Positions 10,684 to 19,862 of a stretch of DNA of 64,000 bases are shown piece by piece (within the stretch, counting starts at the first letter, position 1; each line of letters starts with the position of its first letter). The notes beneath the pieces are model-generated. The model was not told the DNA's origin and ran no database searches. It worked only from the letters and a program-made list of their open reading frames with translations. A program made the position numbers and the translations under genes. Where the stretch lies: contig JBBAWH010000001.1 of assembly GCA_040397235.1 (NCBI GenBank), positions 243,640 to 307,639 on the forward strand, in the 5' to 3' direction. Origin of the DNA: Candidatus Limnocylindrus sp. GTDB lineage: Bacteria > Chloroflexota > Limnocylindria > Limnocylindrales > Limnocylindraceae.

Positions 10684-11344
10684 CCTGCAAGCATAGGCGG
10701 CGAAGCACGAGGCTCGCCGCACGCACGGTCTCAGGCAGCGGGCCACTCCCGTCAATCGGAGCCGCCCCGATCCCCGCCATCTCCGCAGGGATCCCCGCCT
10801 GTGCGGCGTTGCGCACCTGGAACTCATCCACGCTGCCGCCACGGGTCACGAAGCGGTCGCGGCGGACTCCCTCGTCAGCCTGAAGGAAGAGAACGCCGTC
10901 GAGCTCCTCGGCAAGCCCAGAGCGCCCGAGCGCGATCGCCTCAACGAGCAAGAGGCGGACCCCCCGTGCCTGCGCATCTCGACTCGCCTCACTGATCGCT
11001 TGGCGTACGACCGGCCACTGCAACTCCTCAATGCGGGCCATCACGAACGGGTCGGCAAACGCCCGTGCCGCAAGGAGCTTGGTGTCGAGGCTCCCGTCAG
11101 CATGGCGCGCACCTGGCACGGCCGCGAGGATGGCGTCGCGAAGTGGCGCATCGGACGAACGTGCTGCGTGCAGGAGTGCATCCGCATCGACGTGCTCCAC
11201 AGCGCCGCCAATAGCCTCCTGCAACTCATCGCTCGCGACAAGCGCTGCGGCGAGACTGCTCTTCCCTGACGCAAGAAGGCCACCGAGGCCAACGCGGACG
11301 AGTCGACCACTCACTTCGCCACCTCCCCCTCGAGAGCGAGCCAC
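10667..11344 (-). CDS. coaE: Dephospho-CoA kinase
   Basis: P-loop [13 protein letters not shown] followed by a VDADALLHA block, similar to E. coli CoaE GLTGGIGSGKST..VIDADIIAR. The coaE-uvrB adjacency is conserved in several Gram-positive lineages. Confidence 0.7.
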   Translation of the reverse strand: MARSRGGGGEVSGRLVRVGLGGLLASGKSSLAAALVASDELQEAIGGAVEHVDADALLHAARSSDAPLRDAILAAVPGARHADGSLDTKLLAARAFADPFVMARIEELQWPVVRQAISEASRDAQARGVRLLLVEAIALGRSGLAEELDGVLFLQADEGVRRDRFVTRGGSVDEFQVRNAAQAGIPAEMAGIGAAPIDGSGPLPETVRAASLVLRRLCLQGESID

Positions 11345-13272
11345 GCCTCTTCGGCCCCTTGAAGCGCCGCCGTAACATCGGCTAGCTCGCTCGCCACCTT
11401 TGCTAGTTCGGTATACGAGGCGAGGACGTTCGGGTCAAGCATCGCGAGCTCCAGGTGTCCCTTCCGCAGTCCATGTCGCTCGAGGTCAGACTCAATCGCA
11501 GCGCGACGACGGCGCGCCTGCTCCTTGCTGAGCCGCTCCGGCTTCGGCGCCTCACTCTTTTTCGGGGCGGGCGCGGCAACCTTCGGCTGAGGCTTGGTGA
11601 GAAGGGTCTGATGTGTCGTGAGGGCGCCTGGCGCACCGAGTCGTCCCGCAACAAGGGCATCGGCGCTCCTCGTGCTCCAACCCGCGGCGACCGCCTCTCG
11701 CCACGCGGTGTAGCCACCGTCGAAGGCGGCGACGACGCCATCTTCAACGACCCAGAGCGATGTGCAGATGCGCTCAAGGAGTCGACGATCGTGACTTACA
11801 ACAAGGAGTGTTCGCTCGCCATCAAGAAGGAATCGCTCGAGCGATTCGCAAGCATCAATGTCGAGGTGGTTCGTCGGCTCGTCGAGCAGGAGCAGGTTTG
11901 CAGGCATGAGACCAAGAATGGCGAGCTCTAGCCGACTGCGCTCACCGCCAGAGAGCACCGCGACCTCCTTCCCCACCGCATCACCGCGGAAGAGGAACTT
12001 CGCGAGATGTGCCCGCGCTTCAGAAACTTCAACAGGTACGGCGGCACGCAGCGCTTCAAGCACCGTAGCGCCATGGAGTCCTGCGGCGCGGACCTGGGCG
12101 AGATACCCAGGCACCACGCCACCGACAATCTCCACGTTTCCGTCGAGGGCTGGGAGGAGGCCAGCGATGGTCTTTAGCAGCGTTGATTTTCCAGCGCCGT
12201 TGGGGCCCACGATTCCGACGCGCTCGCCGCGGCGGAGGGCGAGGCTGCGCGCACGGGTGATCTCAACCTGCGCCGGCTCTCGATACCCGATGGACGCCTC
12301 GCTAAGCCGCAGCGGCTCTGCAGGACCACGCCCGGCTCCTTCCGCTGCAATTGAAAGCGAGATCGCCTTGCGCTCACGAACGACCGGTTCGATTGCAGCG
12401 AGACGGCGCTCATGCTCGTGCATCTTTGCGTACTTGCGATGGCTTCGATACGTCTGAATCAGCTCACGCTCGCGCGCGATCTCCTTCTCGCGACGATCTG
12501 CGTCGCGCTCGTCACCCTCATCCGCTGCACCACGCTGCTTCGAATAGGCGCTGTAGTCCCCACGGAAGCGCGTCACATGACGGGCGCGGACCTCCCAGAC
12601 TCGATTGATGACAGCATCAAGGAAGGCGCGATCGTGGCTGGCGACAATGAGCGCGCCGTTGCGTGCGCGCAGCGCCCCCTCCAGCCACTCAATCGCCTGA
12701 ATGTCGAGATGGTTGGTCGGCTCGTCGAGTAGAAGAAGGTCTGGATCTGCGATCACGAGTCGCGCCAGCGCGACGCGGGTCTGCTCCCCTCCGGAGAGGC
12801 GCGCAGGGGCCTCGTCGTGCCGTGCCGTTGGGAAGCCGAGCCCTCGTAGCGCCGCACCCACCCGGTCTTCCAGGGCGTAGCCATCGGCGGCATCAAATTT
12901 TGTCCGCGCCTCGGCGTATTCGGTTGAGCCGGCACGACCATCAAGCTCCATATCGCGAAGTGCAGCGGCCAGGGAGACGATCTCGGAGGCGCCCCCGATC
13001 ACGGCGTCAATGAGCGTTGGGGCGTTCAGCAGATCGGGGTCCTGCGCCGACTCTTGCGCGAGGAGGCTGATGCGTAAGCCCTTGGCATGCTGCACGCGAC
13101 CCTGGTCGGGAGACTCAGACCCCGCGACCATCTTGAGGAGGGTCGTCTTCCCTGCCCCGTTCGGGCCAACCAGGCCGATGCGCTCCCCAGCGGCAACGCT
13201 CAGCGTCACCTCGTCGAGGATGACGGCGGCGCCGATCTCGCGACGGACATCGCTCAACGTGATGATGCTCAT
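11311..13272 (-). CDS. ABC-F family ATPase (Uup/YheS-like), no transmembrane domain
   Basis: Two ABC cassettes (GLVGPNGAGKTT, GIVGPNGAGKST; LSGGE signatures), an inter-domain linker and a coiled-coil C-terminal tail. The start overlaps the fpg stop (ATGA). Confidence 0.85.
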   Translation of the reverse strand: MSIITLSDVRREIGAAVILDEVTLSVAAGERIGLVGPNGAGKTTLLKMVAGSESPDQGRVQHAKGLRISLLAQESAQDPDLLNAPTLIDAVIGGASEIVSLAAALRDMELDGRAGSTEYAEARTKFDAADGYALEDRVGAALRGLGFPTARHDEAPARLSGGEQTRVALARLVIADPDLLLLDEPTNHLDIQAIEWLEGALRARNGALIVASHDRAFLDAVINRVWEVRARHVTRFRGDYSAYSKQRGAADEGDERDADRREKEIARERELIQTYRSHRKYAKMHEHERRLAAIEPVVRERKAISLSIAAEGAGRGPAEPLRLSEASIGYREPAQVEITRARSLALRRGERVGIVGPNGAGKSTLLKTIAGLLPALDGNVEIVGGVVPGYLAQVRAAGLHGATVLEALRAAVPVEVSEARAHLAKFLFRGDAVGKEVAVLSGGERSRLELAILGLMPANLLLLDEPTNHLDIDACESLERFLLDGERTLLVVSHDRRLLERICTSLWVVEDGVVAAFDGGYTAWREAVAAGWSTRSADALVAGRLGAPGALTTHQTLLTKPQPKVAAPAPKKSEAPKPERLSKEQARRRRAAIESDLERHGLRKGHLELAMLDPNVLASYTELAKVASELADVTAALQGAEEAWLALEGEVAK

Positions 13273-14264
13273 GCCGCCTCCCCCTGGCGCGCCGAGCGCC
13301 GCCGCGCCGCAGCACGTTCACTGCGCGTAGCACCAACCGTCTCTGGGGTAACCCGCTCACTCCAGCGGGGTCCGCGCACAGCACGCGACGCCACGGTGCG
13401 GCCCGCGCCGCGAGGTGCGCGCTGGCAGGTTCGGCATACATGGGTGCCGCGACCCCCCACGACCGAGCGCTGAATTGCCGCACCACATCGGTGACATGGC
13501 TCACCAGTGCGCTGGTAGACGTCGAGTCGCTCCTGCATCTCGCCATCGCCATCTGGTGCGGTGTAGTCGTTGATCGAGGAGCCGCGGGCGGCAACCGCCT
13601 CGCTCAGCACGCCGACGATCGCGAGGTGCAGCGCGTCAATCTGAACGGGACGCAACGCATTCGCAGCGGTAAGCGGATGGATCTTCGCGCGCCAGAGCGC
13701 CTCATCGGCGTAGATGTTGCCGATGCCCACGATGCAGCGCTGGTCGAGGAGGAGGCTCTTGATGCGCGTTCCACGATGCGCAATGAGTGAGCGCAGGGCC
13801 TCTGTGGTGAACGCCGCTGCGAGCGGCTCAACACCATGGTCGGCGAGGAGCGGCGGCGAGTGCGGGTCGAGGCTTGAGGCGGCCTCACCGTCACTTCTCT
13901 GCGCGACGAGCGCAACGCGCCCAAACGCACGGACATCCCGGAAGCGAAGCTCACGACCATCGTCCAGCGTGAGCGAGAGGCGAATATAGGGATCCCGTTC
14001 CACCGCAGCGGGCAGAACCAGCAGCTGCCCCGTCATTCGCAAGTGCACGAGGAGCAGGATTCCACCGGAGAGCTCAACGATGATCCACTTCGCGCGACGA
14101 CGCGTGCCGAGGATGCGCCGGCCACGAACCGCATCGGTGAACGAGGGGGCATCAGGGGTCGCAAGATTGCGTTCACGAAAGACGTTGGCGCTAGTGATCG
14201 TTGCGCCAGTGACGAGTCGTGCGAGATCACGGACGACCGTCTCAACCTCAGGCAGCTCAGGCAC
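13269..14264 (-). CDS. mutM: Formamidopyrimidine-DNA glycosylase (Fpg/MutM) with a basic C-terminal tail
   Basis: N-terminal MPELPEVE catalytic motif, H2TH region and a C-terminal zinc finger (CHRCG...CRTCQ), followed by ~50 extra Arg-rich residues. Confidence 0.9.
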   Translation of the reverse strand: MPELPEVETVVRDLARLVTGATITSANVFRERNLATPDAPSFTDAVRGRRILGTRRRAKWIIVELSGGILLLVHLRMTGQLLVLPAAVERDPYIRLSLTLDDGRELRFRDVRAFGRVALVAQRSDGEAASSLDPHSPPLLADHGVEPLAAAFTTEALRSLIAHRGTRIKSLLLDQRCIVGIGNIYADEALWRAKIHPLTAANALRPVQIDALHLAIVGVLSEAVAARGSSINDYTAPDGDGEMQERLDVYQRTGEPCHRCGAAIQRSVVGGRGTHVCRTCQRAPRGAGRTVASRAVRGPRWSERVTPETVGATRSERAAARRRSARQGEAA

Positions 14265-17115
14265 GGGCGGACCACGGCTTCATCTCGTCCCATCGCGGAC
14301 CACTCTTCACATCAACGGTGAGTGGCACATCCAGCGCGAGTGCCCCCTCCATCGTGTCAACAAGGATTGGCACGAGTCGATCGACTTCACCGTTCGGCAC
14401 CTCCAGCAGCAGTTCGTCGTGTACCTGCAGCACGAGTCGTGCCGTAAGGCTCGCCTCCGCAAGTCGTGGCGCCAGCCGGATCATGGCGATCTTGATCACA
14501 TCGGCCGCCGTTCCTTGAATGGGATGGTTGATGGCGGCACGCTCCCCCGCCGCGCGCAGCGCAGGGTTCCCCGCTCGGAGTTCGGGGATCGGCCGGCGGC
14601 GCCCGAGCTGCGTCGTGACGGAGCCGTTCGTTCGCGCCTCCTCCTTGATCGTGTCGATGTAGCGACGAATCCCCGGATAGCGCTCGAAGTAACCGGCGAT
14701 GAATGTCTTTGCCGCCTCACGAGAGATGCCTGCGCGTGTAGCCAAGCCGAAGTCGCCCATGCCGTAGGCAATGCCGAAGTTGACCATCTTCGCCATGGCG
14801 CGCTCATCGGCGTCCACATCGGCGGCTGGCTTGCCGAGCACACGAGCGGCGGTCGCACGGTGAATATCCTCTCCGGCGGCAAAGGCGGCGATCAGGTGCT
14901 CGTCACGCGTGACGTGCGCCAAGATGCGCAGCTCAATCTGGCTGTAGTCCGCCGCCACCAGCGTGTTCCCCCTCTCCGCAATGAAGGCGTTGCGGATCTT
15001 GCGGCCGAGGGCGGTTCGAATCGGAATGTTCTGCAGGTTTGGATCGGTGGAGCTGAGTCGCCCCGTTGCCGCCACCGCCTGCTGGAAGGTGGTGTGCACG
15101 CGGCCGTCACCCTCCACGAGCTTCGGGAGCGCCTCCACGTAGGTGCTCTGCAGTTTCGAGACGGTACGCCACTCCATGGCGATCCCAACGATCGGATGCT
15201 CCCCCTGGATCTCCTCCAGCACGCTCGCATCGGTCGACCAGGCGCCCGTCTTTGTCTTCTTCCCCTTCGGTAGGCTCAGCTCCACAAAGAGGATTTCGCC
15301 GAGCTGCTTCGGCGAGCCGAGCGCAACAGGGTGACCAACGGCCTGCTCGGACTCACGCTCGAGGCGCGCGATCTCTGCAGTGAATGCCGTGCTCAGCTCA
15401 CTCAGCGCGGAGCGATCAACGGCGACGCCGGCGATCTCCATACGTGCGAGCACTTCGACCAGCGGCAACTCGATCTCGCGATAGAGGCGCAGCGTTCCCG
15501 CCTCGCGCAACTCTTCGGCGAGGGGGCCGCGCGACGCTCTTGTCACGAGCGCAGCAAGAACCGCCTCCTGCAGCGGCTCGAGCCGGTCAGGGAGGTCGGC
15601 GCCGAGTCGCGCGGAGGCAACCTCCACGAGTCCCGGGTTGCGCATGGTGACATTCGCGATCCAGGTGGCCAGCGCTACGTCATCAACAAGGTGCGGCGAG
15701 GCGTCTGGTCGAATGCTCACCATGGCGCCAATCAGACCCTTCACGCCGAGGCCGGCAATCTCACGCGTAGAGCTCGCCAGCGATTCAAGAAGTGCGTGCA
15801 CCACGGCGCCATCGTCGGCGGCGAGAATGGTCCCCGCGTCATCGACGATCGCGATCGCCAGCTCGGCCTCTGGGCCACGTCGGTCCGCACCCACACCACC
15901 AATGGCGAGGTGCCCCTGCGGCGAAAGGCCGCGGAACGCATCTCGCGCCTCGTCAGCGGCGCGCAGGACGCGAATCCCCGCCGCGGCGAGCTCGCCACGC
16001 TTCACCTGTTCGATCTTGGAGTGGGCATCCGATTCGTCTGTGGCGCTACTCGCCGCTTGGGTTGATCGACCCGCAGCGGTATTCCCCGCCGTCACCGCAT
16101 CGAAGTTGAATCCGAGTTGTAGGTCGCTCCCAACTGTCGCCTTCGGCGCAGTCTTTGCGACAGGTGCAGCAGAGCCTCGCAGCGCGGCACCCGCCGCCGC
16201 GGCGCTGACCGCAGCGTTCGCGGCGAGGCGATCCTCACCGGCGAGTGGCGGGAGTCGCTGCGCGAGTGCGCGGAACTCAAGGTCGCGGAAGAGGGCGAGC
16301 GCCGCTTCGCGGTCATACACCCCAATTTCGCCACCCGTGGCCGGCAGGGTGAGTGGCGCATCGCGATCGATGGTCATCAGCCCTTGGCCGGCAAATGCCG
16401 CATCACGGTTCGCAGCGAGCGACTCTCGGATGCGCACAGGCTCGACCTCATCGAGACGCGCGTAGAGCTGCTCTAGCGAGCCGAAGCTTGCAATCAACTT
16501 AGAGGCGGTCTTCTCGCCCACGCCTGGAACACCTGGAATGTTGTCCGAACTGTCTCCCTTCAGCGACTTAAAGTCCACCATCTGCTCTGGGGTGAGGCCG
16601 TACCGCGCGAAGACTCGCTCTGGATCGTATTCAACGATCGCATCAGCGCCACCCTTGGCGGTGTGCATCAGGTGCACCTTTTTGGTGACCAGCTGCAACA
16701 TGTCGAGGTCCCCCGAGACGATGTGCACCTCCCAACCGTCGCGCTCCGCGGCGGTGGCGATGGTGCCGATCACGTCATCCGCCTCGTACCCCGTTGCCTC
16801 AAGGAGCGGCAGCCCCAACGCCGCAACAAGGTCTCGAACGATCGGCACCTGCGAGCGCAACTCATCCGGCATCGATGGCCGCTGTGCCTTGTACGCGGGG
16901 AACCGCTCATGTCGATAGGTGGTGCCCGGGGCATCGAAGGCCACAATGGCACGCTCGGGATCAAGGTCGGCCATCGTCCTCAGCAGGATGCTGGTGAAGC
17001 CGTACGCGGCGTTGGTCAGCTGCCCACGGCTATTCGCCAGCGGTGGCAGCGCATGGAAGGCGCGATAGATCAGCCCATAGGCATCAACGAGGAGGAGTCG
17101 GCGCTTGGTTGGCAT
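14257..17115 (-). CDS. polA: DNA polymerase I
   Basis: 952 aa with an N-terminal 5'-3' exonuclease (LLLVDAYGLIYRAF) and a C-terminal family A polymerase (motifs RRRPIPE..., QVHDELLLE). The start overlaps the fpg end. Confidence 0.95.
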   Translation of the reverse strand: MPTKRRLLLVDAYGLIYRAFHALPPLANSRGQLTNAAYGFTSILLRTMADLDPERAIVAFDAPGTTYRHERFPAYKAQRPSMPDELRSQVPIVRDLVAALGLPLLEATGYEADDVIGTIATAAERDGWEVHIVSGDLDMLQLVTKKVHLMHTAKGGADAIVEYDPERVFARYGLTPEQMVDFKSLKGDSSDNIPGVPGVGEKTASKLIASFGSLEQLYARLDEVEPVRIRESLAANRDAAFAGQGLMTIDRDAPLTLPATGGEIGVYDREAALALFRDLEFRALAQRLPPLAGEDRLAANAAVSAAAAGAALRGSAAPVAKTAPKATVGSDLQLGFNFDAVTAGNTAAGRSTQAASSATDESDAHSKIEQVKRGELAAAGIRVLRAADEARDAFRGLSPQGHLAIGGVGADRRGPEAELAIAIVDDAGTILAADDGAVVHALLESLASSTREIAGLGVKGLIGAMVSIRPDASPHLVDDVALATWIANVTMRNPGLVEVASARLGADLPDRLEPLQEAVLAALVTRASRGPLAEELREAGTLRLYREIELPLVEVLARMEIAGVAVDRSALSELSTAFTAEIARLERESEQAVGHPVALGSPKQLGEILFVELSLPKGKKTKTGAWSTDASVLEEIQGEHPIVGIAMEWRTVSKLQSTYVEALPKLVEGDGRVHTTFQQAVAATGRLSSTDPNLQNIPIRTALGRKIRNAFIAERGNTLVAADYSQIELRILAHVTRDEHLIAAFAAGEDIHRATAARVLGKPAADVDADERAMAKMVNFGIAYGMGDFGLATRAGISREAAKTFIAGYFERYPGIRRYIDTIKEEARTNGSVTTQLGRRRPIPELRAGNPALRAAGERAAINHPIQGTAADVIKIAMIRLAPRLAEASLTARLVLQVHDELLLEVPNGEVDRLVPILVDTMEGALALDVPLTVDVKSGPRWDEMKPWSARA

Positions 17116-17151
17116 ACCGCGAGGGTACCGCAGGAGTGCAGAGCCCTTCGG

Positions 17152-17634
17152 CTAGGCGCGTCGCCTCCGCACGCTCACGAAGACCACCGCAAGGCTCCCC
17201 GTCAGCAGAAGCAGAGCGGCTCCAGAGACGATGGTGGCGCCATCGAGCGTCCCCGATGCGAGGATCTCGTCGCTCGTGCCGTCCGCCTTCACCTCCATCG
17301 AGGCGTCGGGCGCGAGGCTCGATGCGAGGGGGTCGGCGCCAGTCTCCATTCGCGCGGCGCTCTCAGCGCTGCCCGCCAACTGACCAGCAACGCCCCCAAG
17401 AAGGAGTGCGCCGGAGAGTGCGGCGCCCGCGAGGGCACCACGCGGCGCGGCGCTCAGCCAGCCGAAGAGGGCCGATCGCCAGCCGCTTGCAGCGCGCTGG
17501 GCTCGAGCCTCGGCGATACGTGCAATCTCGCTGCGCAGGGCGGGGTTGGCGAAGGGGTCGCGGGCACGGCGGGGCTCACCAGCGCGATAGGCGCTCAGCG
17601 GATCGTGCTCAGGGGTGCCAGAGGCGTTATTCAT
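17152..17634 (-). CDS. Putative membrane anti-sigma factor
   Basis: 160-aa ORF overlapping the sigma-factor stop by 8 nt. It has a cytoplasmic N-terminus and two hydrophobic segments. The call rests on position and topology only. Confidence 0.5.
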   Translation of the reverse strand: MNNASGTPEHDPLSAYRAGEPRRARDPFANPALRSEIARIAEARAQRAASGWRSALFGWLSAAPRGALAGAALSGALLLGGVAGQLAGSAESAARMETGADPLASSLAPDASMEVKADGTSDEILASGTLDGATIVSGAALLLLTGSLAVVFVSVRRRRA

Positions 17635-18289
17635 CTCGCTCTCCCAACGATAACGGTGCCCCAGCGGTTCCCGGCCGCAGGTCGGCGAGAAGGCGACGCA
17701 GCTCCTCGCGCCCTCGGCTGATGCGGCTCTTAATGGTCCCCACCGATACCCCCGTCAGATCAGCGATCTCTGCATAGTCATAGCCATCGACGTCGTAGAG
17801 GAGGATCGCCCGGCGTCGCTCCTCTGGGATCGCTCCGAGGGCGGTAGCCAGAGCGGCGGCGAGCTCGCTCGCCTCGGCACGCTGCGCCGGATCAGAGGCC
17901 GCCCCCGCCTGCGGCTCTGCCGCAACGCGCTCACGGTGCGCACCCTCCCCCGCCTCCTCGTGCGTTTCGCTGGCGAATGGGAGCGTCGGGTGTCGGCGCT
18001 CACGTCGCATGAGGTCGCGCGCGGCGTTCTCCACGATCCGCACGAACCATCCCCGAAGGTTGGTCGGCGCGACCCGGTCAAGGGAGCGGTACGCCGAGAG
18101 GAGTCCAGCCTGCAGGGCGTCGTCGGCGCTCGCCTCGCTCCCCGTGATGCGCAGGGCCATCCGCCACGCCAGATCGAGATCGGGGGTGAAGAGGTCGCGG
18201 AAGGCATCCTGGGAGCCCGCTCGTGCGGCGGCGAGCAGCGCCGTACGCTCCGCCCCCTCGCCTCCGCCTGCTCTACCGCCTCGTGTCAT
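17627..18289 (-). CDS. ECF (sigma-70 family) RNA polymerase sigma factor
   Basis: Region 2 (DAFRDLF...AWRMALRITG...DALQAGLLSAYRSLDRV) and region 4 HTH (ILLYDVDGYDYAEIADLTGVSVGTIKSRISRGREELR) are recognisable. Confidence 0.8.
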   Translation of the reverse strand: MTRGGRAGGGEGAERTALLAAARAGSQDAFRDLFTPDLDLAWRMALRITGSEASADDALQAGLLSAYRSLDRVAPTNLRGWFVRIVENAARDLMRRERRHPTLPFASETHEEAGEGAHRERVAAEPQAGAASDPAQRAEASELAAALATALGAIPEERRRAILLYDVDGYDYAEIADLTGVSVGTIKSRISRGREELRRLLADLRPGTAGAPLSLGERDE

Positions 18290-18324
18290 GTGCCTAGTGT
18301 GCCGCGCCGCTAGGATCTATGGGT

Positions 18325-18410
18325 GCCGAAGTGGCGAAATGGCAGACGCAACCGACTCAAAATCGGTCGACTGAAAGGTCATGTGGGTTCGACTCCCACC
18401 TTCGGTACCA
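18325..18410 (+). tRNA. tRNA-Leu (anticodon CAA)
   Basis: GCCGAAG acceptor stem pairing with CTTCGGT, anticodon loop CTCAAAA, a long variable arm, T-arm GTGGG-TTCGACT-CCCAC, discriminator A and encoded CCA. Confidence 0.85.
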
Positions 18411-18437
18411 AAGCCACCGCCCCGCTACGATAGGGGG

Positions 18438-18524
18438 GCCGAAGTGGCGAAATGGCAGACGCATCCGACTTAAAATCGGCCGGTCGATGAGATCATGCGG
18501 GTTCGAGTCCCGCCTTCGGCACCA
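18438..18524 (+). tRNA. tRNA-Leu (anticodon TAA)
   Basis: Near-duplicate of the upstream tRNA-Leu, with anticodon loop CTTAAAA, a long variable arm, T-arm GCGGG-TTCGAGT-CCCGC and encoded CCA. Confidence 0.85.
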
Positions 18525-18545
18525 ACCACATCGCAGGGAGGCAAC

Positions 18546-18761
18546 ATGAGCGAGAAGGCATTCACACCGCGCGCTGATCGCCCTACCCTCATGCGCGAAC
18601 ATGGCGCCGCTCGCGCAAAGCGCGCCGCTGCAGCCGCCGGCTCAGCTGAATGGCGTACCGCCGCTGCGGAGGTCGCAGCAATTGAGGTAGAACTTGCGAA
18701 GTTTGAGGCGCTGCGCGTTGCGCCAGCCCGAGTTGCTCGACCCGAGGCGAAGGGTAAGTAA
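18546..18761 (+). CDS. Hypothetical small Ala-rich protein (71 aa)
   Basis: The ATG is preceded by GGGAGG at Shine-Dalgarno spacing immediately after the tRNA pair. It is a helical, charged, Ala-rich product (MSEKAFTPRADRPTLMREHGAARAKRAAAAAGSAEW...). GC3 is modest, so coding is uncertain. Confidence 0.3.
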   Translation: MSEKAFTPRADRPTLMREHGAARAKRAAAAAGSAEWRTAAAEVAAIEVELAKFEALRVAPARVARPEAKGK

Positions 18762-18773
18762 CTGCCCGTTGGC

Positions 18774-19814
18774 TTAGCGGCCGAGGATCGCCCCAACGAC
18801 TAGCCCAACAAAGAGTGCTCCCATTGCCGGGCGCGAGGCGAGGAAGGCCGCACCAACATGCCAGAGCGGCCAGAGCGGATATCCCGCGGGTGGGGCGGCT
18901 GGACGCGGCGCAGCAACAATCTTCAGTGCCGGTAGCGCAGAGATCGCGCCGAGTCCGGCGAGTGGCGCCACGAACCACGGGAAGATTCCGACTGCAGGGA
19001 TCGCAAAGATCGCGATCCCCAGATAGCCAGCAGAGATCAGCACCGTTGTGAATACACGCGCACGGCGCTCACCGATGCGAACGACGAAGGTCTTCACGCC
19101 GCGCGAACCGTCTGCCTCGATCTTGTCGAGATGCTTGCCGAAGAGCACGGCGGTGACAAAGAGTGCCCATGGCAGCGTCGCGATCAACGCGATCGCATCA
19201 ACGGAGCCAGTTGCTGCGAGGTAGGTTCCCCCTCCCATGAGTGGACCCCAAACGATGAAGGCGGAGAGCTCACCGAGACCACGTCGCTTGAAGCGCAGTG
19301 GTGGATCGGTGTAGCCCCACGAGAGGATCAGGCCGGCGATCGCAAATGCGCCGATGAGTGGTTCGTTTCGGACGACCATGGTGAAGCCACCGAGGATTGC
19401 GGCCAGGGCGGTCAGCACGCCGATCGCAACAAGTAGCGTGCGGCTCGACATAGCACCTGAGGCGATCGGATGTGGCGAGTAGTCGGCGCGCGGGTAGCCG
19501 GGTCGATCGAGGCCGTCGTGGTAATCACGCCAGTCATTCGCCAGGTTGTTTGCCGCGTGGGCCAGGTTCGCGCCGAGGAATGCGGCGAAGCCGAGGAGGA
19601 TGCCGCTGACGGTGCTTCCGCCGAACGAGACATCACTGATCTTGCCGCTCCACCAGGCGAAGAGGAGGCCTTGGCCCGCGCCGAGAATCGTCAGCGGAAG
19701 GACCGAGGCGCGCGTCAGCAGCAGTGCTCGCGCGACGACCGACATGGTGCGCCAATCAACGCCCTCTGGGGCCGACTGTCGCAGGAGGACGGAGGCGTAA
19801 TCTTTGCTGCTCAT
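18774..19814 (-). CDS. UbiA-family aromatic prenyltransferase (MenA-like)
   Basis: 346-aa polytopic membrane protein with an NDWRDYHDGLDR motif (NDxxDxxxD, characteristic of UbiA/MenA prenyltransferases). Confidence 0.7.
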   Translation of the reverse strand: MSSKDYASVLLRQSAPEGVDWRTMSVVARALLLTRASVLPLTILGAGQGLLFAWWSGKISDVSFGGSTVSGILLGFAAFLGANLAHAANNLANDWRDYHDGLDRPGYPRADYSPHPIASGAMSSRTLLVAIGVLTALAAILGGFTMVVRNEPLIGAFAIAGLILSWGYTDPPLRFKRRGLGELSAFIVWGPLMGGGTYLAATGSVDAIALIATLPWALFVTAVLFGKHLDKIEADGSRGVKTFVVRIGERRARVFTTVLISAGYLGIAIFAIPAVGIFPWFVAPLAGLGAISALPALKIVAAPRPAAPPAGYPLWPLWHVGAAFLASRPAMGALFVGLVVGAILGR

Positions 19815-19862
19815 GCCCCTATTCTCCCCTCTTCTGCATAAACCTGCAGGGCCGGATCTTCC

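Noticed and set aside
14080-17721. Several long + strand ORFs (14080-15273, 15638-16465, 16663-17721, 17043-17777)
   Set aside because: All lie antisense to polA and the anti-sigma/sigma genes. Their products are Arg/Pro-rich with no domain signatures, the usual GC-rich shadow ORFs.
18290-18540. Possible integrated mobile element at the tandem tRNA-Leu locus
   Set aside because: No integrase, excisionase, direct-repeat attachment sites or compositional shift. The flanks are core genes (ECF sigma, UbiA prenyltransferase).
19815-19862. CCTGCAGG palindrome between the UbiA prenyltransferase and dnaE
   Set aside because: An 8-bp restriction-site-like palindrome with no flanking structure or U-tract. 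It is probably coincidental.
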